DNA from: Candidatus Iainarchaeum sp.
Lineage (GTDB): Archaea > Iainarchaeota > Iainarchaeia > Iainarchaeales > VGJJ01
Assembly: GCA_030688545.1 (NCBI GenBank)
Contig: JAUYHT010000008.1
Span: 30,001-62,000 of the forward strand
Length of the DNA stretch: 32,000 nt
Direction of reading: 5' to 3'
The translations under genes were made by a program, and so were the position numbers. The notes beneath the pieces were generated by a model. That model had not been told where the DNA came from. It saw only the letters and a list, made by a program, of their open reading frames with translations, and made no database searches. Each line of letters starts with the position of its first letter. Position 1 is the stretch's first letter. Of the stretch, positions 23,645-30,663 are shown in pieces.

Positions 23645-24048
23645 TGTTTGGAAAAGCGGCGGGGGCGGCGGATACCTTTCTGCAGGATGCCCTGAAAGGG
23701 AATCTTTTTCCATTTCAATAGGTTCTGGAGGGAATAATCATCCGTGTACACCATCACTTTTTCTCCCCGCTCCTGAAACTCCCACGCCAAACCAATCACA
23801 TGCTCATCCGCCTCCGAGAGACGAGAATCTCCAATCTCGCTGGCCCACCGTCTTACCTGTTGAAGGGTCGCGGGACAGGGGTCCCGGATGACCAAGGGAA
23901 AGTGGTGCAGGGCATTCTCGAGACGCATCCGGGGCTCCATCCCCTTGATCTCCGCTTCGCAGGGGGAAGGGAGAAAATAGTGGCTTCTTTTGGAGAAAGG
24001 AAAGCCCTCCGCGTTCATGAAGGCCGCGCTGTCCAAAACCGCTTTCAT
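23641..24048 (-). CDS. PIN-domain endonuclease, Nob1-like (no zinc ribbon)
   Basis: AVLDSAAFMN at the N-terminus, LSEADEHVIGLAWEF, and VYTDDYSLQNLLKW match the archaeal Nob1 PIN pattern. The protein ends without the CxxC...CxxC ribbon. Confidence 0.7.
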   Translation of the reverse strand: MKAVLDSAAFMNAEGFPFSKRSHYFLPSPCEAEIKGMEPRMRLENALHHFPLVIRDPCPATLQQVRRWASEIGDSRLSEADEHVIGLAWEFQERGEKVMVYTDDYSLQNLLKWKKIPFQGILQKGIRRPRRFSKH

Positions 24049-24102
24049 GTCATTAGAATGACGATGGTCTTCAAAAAGGAGAGGGGGGCCTAACCCATAG
24101 GT

Positions 24103-24957
24103 ATGGGATTCAAGCAGAAGCTGGGAGAATTACTCGTGCATGCCCTCACGGAAGAGGAACGAATGATATTGCCGGCATCCTACCAAAAATTGGGACATGT
24201 AGGGATTATCCGGTTACCCGCGGGATTAATGGAGAAGAAAAGGATCATCGGGGAAGGCGTGTTGAATGCTATTCCGGGTATTCGCACGTGCTGCCTGAAC
24301 CGGGGTCCCGTTCAGGGGGAATTCAGGCAACCGGATATGGAATATCTGGCGGGGGAGCATCACTTTGAGGTAGTACACAAAGAACATGATTGCATCTTCC
24401 GGTTTGATATCACCAAACTCATGTGGAGCATGGGAAACATGAATGAACGGAAACGTTTGTATCAAGCGGTGAAACCGGGAGAGGTGGTGGTGGACTTTTT
24501 CGCGGGAATGGGATATTGGAGTATTCCCATCGCCAAGCACGCGCACCCCGGACACGTGTATGCCATCGACGCCAACCCGTACGCCATCGAAGCCCTGCGG
24601 GAGAATAGACATGCTAACAAGATACCTGAATCCATTATGACGATATTACCAGGTAAATGCGAGGAAGTGGCCCCCCGATTGGGGAGGATTGCGGATCGGG
24701 TCATTCTGGGTTACTTGCCGGCGCCCCGGTTCGCGCTGTACCCGGCGTTCCACTGCCTAAAAGAAAAAGGGGGGATAATCCATTACGAGGGGGTATGTGG
24801 GTTGGATGCGTATGAGGGCCTTTTCCAAGAAGTGCGGGACATTGGAATGAGCGTGGGATTTGAGGTAGCATTGAAACACGCCCAACCCGTGAAGAGTATG
24901 AGTGCGGGGAAATGGCATTATGTGCTGGACTGCCAGGTTTCTCGGCTTGGGGAATGA
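24103..24957 (+). CDS. taw2: Met-10+/Trm5-family tRNA modification enzyme, probably Taw2 (yW-86 synthase)
   Basis: MWSMGNMNERKR, SAM-binding VVDFFAGMGYWSIPIA and IDANPYA motifs. Its short length lacks the Trm5 D1 domain. It is coupled by an ATGA overlap to taw3. Confidence 0.75.
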   Translation: MGFKQKLGELLVHALTEEERMILPASYQKLGHVGIIRLPAGLMEKKRIIGEGVLNAIPGIRTCCLNRGPVQGEFRQPDMEYLAGEHHFEVVHKEHDCIFRFDITKLMWSMGNMNERKRLYQAVKPGEVVVDFFAGMGYWSIPIAKHAHPGHVYAIDANPYAIEALRENRHANKIPESIMTILPGKCEEVAPRLGRIADRVILGYLPAPRFALYPAFHCLKEKGGIIHYEGVCGLDAYEGLFQEVRDIGMSVGFEVALKHAQPVKSMSAGKWHYVLDCQVSRLGE

Positions 24958-25559
24958 ATATGAATGACACACTCCCCACGCGATTCGAGATGGCCAAAAG
25001 GCACCATTTGCATACCCTGGAGAAGGCCATCGCGGAAGGAAAAATTGACAATCGGATGATCCCTTTTTCCAAGATGATGGCCGGGAACAAGGATTATTTC
25101 ACCACCTCCACGTGCTCGGGGAGGATCACGTTAATGGATTTGGATACGGAAGAGCGCAAGCGGGAGGGCGCCTTCTACCGGAAATGGCATTCGACTGTCA
25201 AACCCCACGAGGTTTGGGAGGCGATTGAGGCCTATGAAGGGGAAAAGAATCTCTGGCTCAAGCAGGATGGGTTTGTCATGGTCATCGGGACGCATTCATT
25301 GGAGAAGGCCAAAAAAATTTTCAAGGTTTGCCAAGAGGCTGGAATCAAACGGTTCGGAATCCATCATATCGAGGAAGGAAAAATCCTCATGGAAGTGTAT
25401 GGCACCACTCAAATGAGTATGCCAATAGTGATTGATGGAAAAAAGGATGTGGATAAAAACTACGTGTCGAAAGTCGTTGCTCTTGCTAACATTAAATGGA
25501 AACGGAATGAACAAAGGCGAAAACATTTCGAGAAGACATTACGAAAATATTTAAGTTAA
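24954..25559 (+). CDS. taw3: tRNA wybutosine-synthesizing protein 3 homolog (Taw3)
   Basis: TYW3-family signature YFTTSTCSGRITL. Start set at ATG 24954, which overlaps the taw2 stop (track ORF starts at 24912). Confidence 0.8.
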   Translation: MNMNDTLPTRFEMAKRHHLHTLEKAIAEGKIDNRMIPFSKMMAGNKDYFTTSTCSGRITLMDLDTEERKREGAFYRKWHSTVKPHEVWEAIEAYEGEKNLWLKQDGFVMVIGTHSLEKAKKIFKVCQEAGIKRFGIHHIEEGKILMEVYGTTQMSMPIVIDGKKDVDKNYVSKVVALANIKWKRNEQRRKHFEKTLRKYLS

Positions 25560-26134
25560 ACATCATATTTATGACGCAAAAAGGTCAATCGCATATTTAG
25601 ATCTGAAAATAACTGAGGATTTGCTTTTTCCATTTTGGTCCCATATTTTTTTACTAAATCAATACTTTTTTGGATCTGCTTCTTTACCCACATCGGATCA
25701 TTCCCTTCTAGAGTAAAAAGATTGTGAAGACGATCCGCCATCTTTACTGTCATACCTTCTTTCGTGCGCAAATTAAAGCTTCCATTTTCATCTTTTGAAA
25801 CTTCCTTAACAATCGCCATCACTCTTGGGCCAAAAAGTCTTCGTACTTCGGCGTAAGAAGTATGTTTATCCTCCACGGTATCATGTAATAGCCCCGCTAT
25901 CAAAATTTCTTTATTAGTAACGCCAGCTGCTTTCAAATTTGCCAACACGGCAAAGGGGTGCCATGCGTAGGGGGTACCATCCTTCCTTTTTTGTTGACGA
26001 TGCCATTCTACACACTTCTGCATCGCTTTATTCAATCGACGAGAATGAGCACCAAAAACTGCATCAGCCAAACGAGATGAAAATGGGGGCTTTCCCACAC
26101 TTGGAAGGGAAGAGGATCGTCTAATCGAAACCAT
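25556..26134 (-). CDS. RelA/SpoT-family HD hydrolase-only protein (small alarmone hydrolase-like)
   Basis: WHRQQKRKDGTPYAWHPFAVLANL, ILIAGLLHDTVEDKHTSYAEVRRLFGPRVMAIVKEVSK and KMADRLHNL match the (p)ppGpp hydrolase HD domain of SpoT/Mesh1. No synthetase domain is present. Confidence 0.8.
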   Translation of the reverse strand: MVSIRRSSSLPSVGKPPFSSRLADAVFGAHSRRLNKAMQKCVEWHRQQKRKDGTPYAWHPFAVLANLKAAGVTNKEILIAGLLHDTVEDKHTSYAEVRRLFGPRVMAIVKEVSKDENGSFNLRTKEGMTVKMADRLHNLFTLEGNDPMWVKKQIQKSIDLVKKYGTKMEKANPQLFSDLNMRLTFLRHKYDV

Positions 26135-26155
26135 GAGAAAACCAAAACATTGAAT

Positions 26156-26163
26156 AATTTAAA
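26156..26163 (-). promoter_or_regulatory. TATA box (TTTAAATT on minus strand) for the HD hydrolase gene
   Basis: The centre lies about 25 nt upstream of ATG 26134 and abuts the stop codon of the upstream decarboxylase gene. Confidence 0.55.
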
Positions 26164-27222
26164 CTATTCCACCACGACAATATTTGGTGCATCCCGCGAC
26201 AGACGCCACGCGAGCTCGGTGCAATACGCGCCCACATTCTCCACAACGATACGATCGCCTGGCGCGAGGGAAGCGTGGATTTTTCCCAATTCATCACTGC
26301 CGAACATCAGGGGGCCAGCGAGGCGGACATTCTTTTTCGTCCCATGGGAGGGGGATAATGGTTTGAAAACATAGGGAGAGAAGGTAATCTTGGGGAGCAC
26401 GTTAATGCCAGCATCCAGGAATACATAGGAGTGGTCATCCACTTCCTTGAGATGTTGAACCACTGTAATGAGTACCATGGCATCCTCCACCAGGAACCGA
26501 CCGGGTTCGAGGATCAGGGTTTTTTGGGAAAGGAATTGGCCTAAATGTATTGAGAGAATGCGCGCATACTCATTCACGGAATGACCCCGTTGCTTTAACC
26601 CATGTGGGCCTGGGATGCCTCCACCCAAATCTATGGTTTCTATTTGGGGAAGATCGGGGAGCAAACCCGCCAAACGAGAAGCGAAACGTTCATAGTCCTG
26701 GATAGACACGTTTGTCCCCGGGTGGGAGTGGAGGAGAGTGATGGTTATTCCTCGGGAATGGCACTCCTGAATGAATGGTTTCACTTCGGCCGGGGAGAAA
26801 CCAAATTTGGATGGGAATAGCCGGACCCGTATGCCTGCGTGGTGAGGGATGATTTCCTGGGATGCCATCATTTCCAATTGGGATGGGGAATCCAGGATGA
26901 TGTGGGCGCCTTGAGCATTGGCTTCTGCCATTTCTTTTGGGGTGGCTGCGCAGGCATTAAACAATTTGAATGTTGAAAAGGGAGCAACGGCCTGCAATTC
27001 CCTTTCCGAAACGGTTTCCATCCCGCTACCCAAATCATTGAGCGTGGAAAGGATACGGGGGTGGGGATTGGTCTTCACGGAATAACAAATTTTAAAATTG
27101 GCGGCAAGCGGAGAGAAAGCGGTATGTAATTCCTGGTAGCGGGCTGCCACGATAGCGGGAAAGAGGAGGAAAAAGGGGGTATCTTTTTTTTCTCGCGCCA
27201 CGCGCCACGAATGGGAACTCAT
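26164..27222 (-). CDS. PLP-dependent decarboxylase, Orn/DAP/Arg decarboxylase family (alanine-racemase fold)
   Basis: PLP-Lys box ICYSVKTNPHP. HSHPGTN, DLGGGIPG, LEPGRFLV and VGAYC motifs. Start refined to ATG 27222 (M19 of the track ORF) using the shared TATA. Confidence 0.8.
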   Translation of the reverse strand: MSSHSWRVAREKKDTPFFLLFPAIVAARYQELHTAFSPLAANFKICYSVKTNPHPRILSTLNDLGSGMETVSERELQAVAPFSTFKLFNACAATPKEMAEANAQGAHIILDSPSQLEMMASQEIIPHHAGIRVRLFPSKFGFSPAEVKPFIQECHSRGITITLLHSHPGTNVSIQDYERFASRLAGLLPDLPQIETIDLGGGIPGPHGLKQRGHSVNEYARILSIHLGQFLSQKTLILEPGRFLVEDAMVLITVVQHLKEVDDHSYVFLDAGINVLPKITFSPYVFKPLSPSHGTKKNVRLAGPLMFGSDELGKIHASLAPGDRIVVENVGAYCTELAWRLSRDAPNIVVVE

Positions 27223-27244
27223 ACGATGCCCTCCAGGGTATACC

Positions 27245-27251
27245 CTTAAAG
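27245..27251. promoter_or_regulatory. shared palindromic TATA-like element (CTTAAAG within CCCTTAAAGG) between divergent genes
   Basis: The centre (27248) is 26 nt from ATG 27222 (decarboxylase) and 27 nt from ATG 27275 (ORF171). Confidence 0.55.
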
Positions 27252-27274
27252 GAGAATGGGAGCCCCCTCTTTTC

Positions 27275-27790
27275 ATGGTCCGGAAACTAAATGGGCAAAA
27301 TCATGCGAATGGGAATGGAAATGCACGCGTAACCGATGGCCCTCACACGGGGGATTGGCTCTGCGTGCACCGTCGGCATGAAACCCCCGCCGTGGGACGG
27401 GCGATCCTGGATTTCTCCCGGGTGGCCAATCGCGAACACTTCATGGGGCGATTGCTCCCATTCCTTCGGTCCTATGGGGAAAGGGTATCCATCGGGAGAA
27501 ACGAGACCATTACTCGGAAGGATTTGTTCGAATTGGAAAAATTGGTGATGCAGGATGATTATGGTCTGGAGAGCGCTATTCTACACGTGGCCCCACGCAA
27601 CCCCTATCTCGCCGAAGTTCTGGGCGACCCTAAAGCCTATACCGAATTCGTGGAAAATCATGTGCAAGTGAAGAAATGGAAGGAATCCCTGCGCACCATG
27701 GGAAAGACGAAGAATGAATCGCTCCGGGCCGTGAGCATGCTGCTGTTCTTGCGAACGGCGCACAAGGGAAAAGCGAATGGGAAAAACTAA
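27275..27790 (+). CDS. hypothetical protein (171 aa)
   Basis: ORF with a correctly spaced TATA. No motif recognised. Confidence 0.55.
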   Translation: MVRKLNGQNHANGNGNARVTDGPHTGDWLCVHRRHETPAVGRAILDFSRVANREHFMGRLLPFLRSYGERVSIGRNETITRKDLFELEKLVMQDDYGLESAILHVAPRNPYLAEVLGDPKAYTEFVENHVQVKKWKESLRTMGKTKNESLRAVSMLLFLRTAHKGKANGKN

Positions 27791-27888
27791 ACAAATAATC
27801 CTCATAATTATTTTTCATCATTAGTAAATTATTTTGAAAGGCAAATATCAATTAAACATTTTCAAAACCTTTTTTCAAAAAAAAAGCC
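27791..27888. other. AT-rich tract (about 19% GC by hand count), DNA-unwinding-element-like
   Basis: The sequence acaaataatcctcataattatttttcatcattagtaaattattttgaaaggcaaatatcaattaaacattttcaaaacc... contrasts with a ~50% GC surrounding. It lies between two convergent genes. Confidence 0.5.
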
Positions 27889-27920
27889 TTTTTGATCAAA
27901 CTTTTTCCTAAAAAGTTTGA
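27889..27920 (+). repeat. repeat copy R1 (TTTTTGATCAAACTTTTTCC) with perfect 11-bp inverted repeat
   Basis: tcaaacttttt-cct-aaaaagtttga at 27896-27920. Confidence 0.8.
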
Positions 27921-27958
27921 TGATGAAACTTCATCGTAAACACTATTTTCCGCCAACG

Positions 27959-27977
27959 CTTTTTCCAGCGGAAAAAG
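27959..27977. repeat. ORB/mini-ORB-like dyad CTTTTTCC-AGC-GGAAAAAG followed by GGG
   Basis: Perfect 8-bp arms. The core TTCCAGCGGAAA resembles the TCCAgtGGAAA dyad of archaeal origin recognition boxes as I recall them. Confidence 0.45.
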
Positions 27978-28033
27978 GGTTGTTACGATGCCCGCAAAAC
28001 ATCGTTTTGCTTGGTTTCCCAAAAAGAAATCGC

Positions 28034-28055
28034 TTTTTTGATCGAACTTTTTTCC
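28034..28055 (+). repeat. repeat copy R2 (TTTTTTGATCGAACTTTTTTCC)
   Basis: Identical core to R3 and R4. Confidence 0.8.
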
Positions 28056-28071
28056 AAAAAGAAAAGATTCG

Positions 28072-28093
28072 TTTTTTGATCGAACTTTTTCCC
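28072..28093 (+). repeat. repeat copy R3 (TTTTTTGATCGAACTTTTTCCC)
   Basis: Direct repeat 38 nt after R2. Confidence 0.8.
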
Positions 28094-28103
28094 AGGAGAT
28101 AGG

Positions 28104-28134
28104 TTTTTGATCGAACTTTTTTCCAAAAAGTTCG
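28104..28134 (+). repeat. repeat copy R4 (TTTTTGATCGAACTTTTTTCC) with perfect 10-bp inverted repeat
   Basis: cgaacttttt-tcc-aaaaagttcg at 28112-28134, ending 5 nt before the rfcL stop codon. Confidence 0.8.
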
Positions 28135-28139
28135 TTTCA

Positions 28140-29543
28140 TTAAAAGAAACGCAAAGAGGTCTGCTTCCGGATGTCTTCTTCAGTTGGGGAAGGGGGTTGG
28201 GGAGACAGATTGGTTTCGGTAGTGGGATTATCCGTGTCGTTTGGAACTGTTTTTCCTGTGCGACTTTTTTTGGTAGATCCTTTTGGGGAAGCGGCCTTGT
28301 CTGTCTCGAGCTGGGCGAATATCTTCTTTACTTTTGGATGAGAGGGGGAGGTGTCCAAAAGGTAGGCTACTTCGTCGGGTTCCAGTTGAAAATGATGCGT
28401 GAGGGGGATGGCATAGGAAGGATCGGCGAAGAGGATGCGCAAATAGGGAAGATCTTGCCCCCAGCGGCGGCGCGACCCATGGGTTTTCTCCCCCAATTTA
28501 GACAGGAGGGATTTCTTGGCTGATCCCTTCCCGGCCGATAACCGTTTGAGGATGGAGGGGAATTGATAGGAGATGAAACCATGCGCCCGATCGGGAGTCA
28601 CTAATCCCACGGAGGAAGCAAGGTCGCCCGAATACTTGAGGAAACCATAATGCTGGCGCCGGAAGATGCGGCCATCGAACATGTCGGCTCGGGACAATTG
28701 AGAATAGGCGTTGGCGAGGGAGGTAGGGGATGGGAATTGACGGGGAATATTCTCATCCACCCACTTCTTGAGGAGATCATGGTCCACCTCACTCGTAAAC
28801 CGGGCTTTGCGAATCTCTTTCAGGGAAGGATTAGTGAAGAGGGTGCGGATCACCGAGAAGATATTGTCCAACCGTTCTCTATAGCCACTGCTCTCCACGT
28901 CTTCTAACGTGATGAGGTTGTTCTTCTTGGACATCGCTTCAAGATCCAAGAGAGCGGCGCGCACGTCCCCTGAAGAACGCTTGGCTAGCGCATTGATGGA
29001 ATGCGCATCATATTCGATGCCCTCCTTCTCGCATACCTCACGGAGGAATTTGGCTAACGTGGGGGAGGGGATACGCTTGCCCATGAGGATCTTGCAATAG
29101 GAGCGCAAGGTCACGAGGTTTTTGTTACCATAGATCTCATTGGCAGTGAAAAAAATGGGGTTGCGGGCCTGCTTGATGACGTTAGGAAGCGCCGCGGCCC
29201 CGCCGCGATCTCCCCGGGAATGGATGCCGTCAATTTCATCCATAAGGACAAGGCGCAACGCCCCGTCGAAACTGGCGTTCTGGGCGGACGCCCCGATGAT
29301 TTTCTCCACCGATTCCTTGTCCCGCGCGCTGGAGGCATTGAATTCCACGAGGGAAAATCCCATCTCTTTGGCTAATGCATAGGCGGTGGCGGTCTTACCT
29401 ATGCCGGGAGGACCCACCAGCAAAAGAGGCTTCTGGGGATTCCCCTGCTTCCAGGATTGGGCCCACAAACGAACTTCGGTAATAATATCGGGATTCCCTA
29501 TGATCTGGGACAACGCCTCGGGCTGCCAGCGGTGGAGAAGCAT
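28140..29543 (-). CDS. rfcL: replication factor C large subunit (RFC-L)
   Basis: LLLVGPPGIGKTATAYALA (Walker A), EFNASSARDK, LVLMDEIDG, and a sensor region with SGDVRAALLDL. Long low-complexity C-terminal tail ending in the canonical PIP box KQTSLRFF (QxxLxxFF). Confidence 0.92.
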   Translation of the reverse strand: MLLHRWQPEALSQIIGNPDIITEVRLWAQSWKQGNPQKPLLLVGPPGIGKTATAYALAKEMGFSLVEFNASSARDKESVEKIIGASAQNASFDGALRLVLMDEIDGIHSRGDRGGAAALPNVIKQARNPIFFTANEIYGNKNLVTLRSYCKILMGKRIPSPTLAKFLREVCEKEGIEYDAHSINALAKRSSGDVRAALLDLEAMSKKNNLITLEDVESSGYRERLDNIFSVIRTLFTNPSLKEIRKARFTSEVDHDLLKKWVDENIPRQFPSPTSLANAYSQLSRADMFDGRIFRRQHYGFLKYSGDLASSVGLVTPDRAHGFISYQFPSILKRLSAGKGSAKKSLLSKLGEKTHGSRRRWGQDLPYLRILFADPSYAIPLTHHFQLEPDEVAYLLDTSPSHPKVKKIFAQLETDKAASPKGSTKKSRTGKTVPNDTDNPTTETNLSPQPPSPTEEDIRKQTSLRFF

Positions 29544-29548
29544 GCCAA

Positions 29549-29556
29549 CTTATAAG
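29549..29556 (+). promoter_or_regulatory. TATA box (CTTATAAG) for ORF136
   Basis: The centre lies 27.5 nt upstream of ATG 29580. Confidence 0.55.
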
Positions 29557-29566
29557 CCGACAAATG

Positions 29567-29574
29567 CTTAATAG
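29567..29574 (-). promoter_or_regulatory. TATA-like box (CTATTAAG on minus strand) for rfcL
   Basis: The centre lies 27.5 nt upstream of ATG 29543. The two divergent promoters interdigitate within a 36-bp gap. Confidence 0.55.
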
Positions 29575-29579
29575 CGCGT

Positions 29580-29990
29580 ATGGCCGCGCGCGTAACTGAA
29601 CGACGACGGACACTACCGGTGCCAACAAAACGGGCCCGTCGACCAATTGGAGGAACCCCTCACCCCTTTGGTTTGCGCCATCGGGGAAAAAGCGTTGTTA
29701 TTGATCATTGGGTGAATAGGCCAGGTGGGGGTCGCCGAGTTCGTGTTAGTGAACGAATAGCCATTGAGGATGCGCGATCCACGAGAGATGGAAAAATGTT
29801 CATTATCATCAGCCGAACTAATTTGGCGACTCAAGAAAAAACATTTCATGAGGTCACGTCTGAGGAATATGAAAGAATGGCTAAAAGTGTAGAGAATTTT
29901 ATGCTCAGGCGCCGGGGAAAAAGGGTAGGAGCACAGGCCGTTTTGGAACATGCCCTCCTTGCAATCGCGCACTCGGCTTTCGGCATCTAA
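29580..29990 (+). CDS. hypothetical protein (136 aa), basic N-terminus
   Basis: ORF with a correctly spaced TATA. N-terminus MAARVTERRRTLPVPTKRARRP. No motif recognised. Confidence 0.5.
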   Translation: MAARVTERRRTLPVPTKRARRPIGGTPHPFGLRHRGKSVVIDHWVNRPGGGRRVRVSERIAIEDARSTRDGKMFIIISRTNLATQEKTFHEVTSEEYERMAKSVENFMLRRRGKRVGAQAVLEHALLAIAHSAFGI

Positions 29991-30382
29991 TTCTTAACTA
30001 TTACATTTATGGGTTGGCGGTTGGGGTATAACCCGTCGAAGCCTTCGAGGGAGCAGCTGTCCAATGTGACTTGCGCCTGGGGAAGGGTGGTGATGAATAT
30101 GGCTCCTCCATTGCCGCGAATAGTGGTGTTTTGACAATGGATGGTTGTTTGGGGACGTTTGAGATGGAAATAGCCTATTTCCTGGATCCCCGGGCATAGC
30201 GTGAGGCGGGAGTCATAGAGGTTGATTCCCTGGAAATTGGCGTAGGACTGGCAGTCTTTAGGGTATGAATTCGAAATCACCACTTGGCCCGTGATGCTGC
30301 GGTGCTGGACGAAAAGAAAAAAGGCCAAGAGGGCGAAGAAAAGGATGCCCACCATCAACCAATCGAAGGATTCATGGTTCAT
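29987..30382 (-). CDS. hypothetical membrane-anchored Cys-containing protein
   Basis: TM helix WLMVGILFFALLAFFLFV followed by a ~100-aa domain with 5 Cys. Start placed at ATG 30382 to avoid overlapping the upstream gene; ATG 30415 is also possible. Confidence 0.5.
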   Translation of the reverse strand: MNHESFDWLMVGILFFALLAFFLFVQHRSITGQVVISNSYPKDCQSYANFQGINLYDSRLTLCPGIQEIGYFHLKRPQTTIHCQNTTIRGNGGAIFITTLPQAQVTLDSCSLEGFDGLYPNRQPINVIVKN

Positions 30383-30392
30383 GAAAATATAC

Positions 30393-30662
30393 TCATAGGA
30401 ATTCCACATTCCCATCGGATTTCCCTTTCATGTTTTTCAGGCGATCCGCGAGCTCCTTGACGGACGCATCATTGTTTGGGGGGTTGGAAGGAGGGGTGGA
30501 TGCGTTGGAAACTCCTGGACGAGAACGCTTGCGAACGGTGTTGATGGCATCCATGGGGCCTTCGGCCATCTTCCCAATGAAATGGCAGGAGAGGCATTCT
30601 TTTCCCGCGGCGACCTCGCGGAAGGCCATGCCCCCGCACTGGGGGCAATAGGTGAAGAGCAT
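30393..30662 (-). CDS. small zinc-ribbon protein (CPxCG-type)
   Basis: MLFTYCPQCGGMAFREVAAGKECLSCHF gives CxxC-N13-CxxC, followed by a low-complexity tail. The start is 2 nt after the upstream stop, so an operon is likely. The N-terminal part of the track ORF overlaps the upstream gene. Confidence 0.6.
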   Translation of the reverse strand: MLFTYCPQCGGMAFREVAAGKECLSCHFIGKMAEGPMDAINTVRKRSRPGVSNASTPPSNPPNNDASVKELADRLKNMKGKSDGNVEFL

Positions 30663-30663
30663 G

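Noticed and set aside
27920-27926. Perfect C-box-like AUGAUGA in the repeat region, suggesting a C/D box sRNA
   Set aside because: There is no CUGA D box, D' box or C' box within the following ~80 nt on that strand, and no terminal stem.
27917-28140. ORFs of 61 aa (plus strand) and 65 aa (minus strand) inside the repeat region; the minus-strand one starts in a TAATG overlap with the rfcL stop and shows a repeated FWKKVRSK peptide
   Set aside because: The peptide repeat is a by-product of the DNA repeats. The repeat spacings (38 and 31-32 nt between neighbouring copies) are not multiples of three, and one copy lies outside both ORFs. Composition is poly-A/T driven. I treat the region as non-coding, though the TAATG junction keeps a small doubt.
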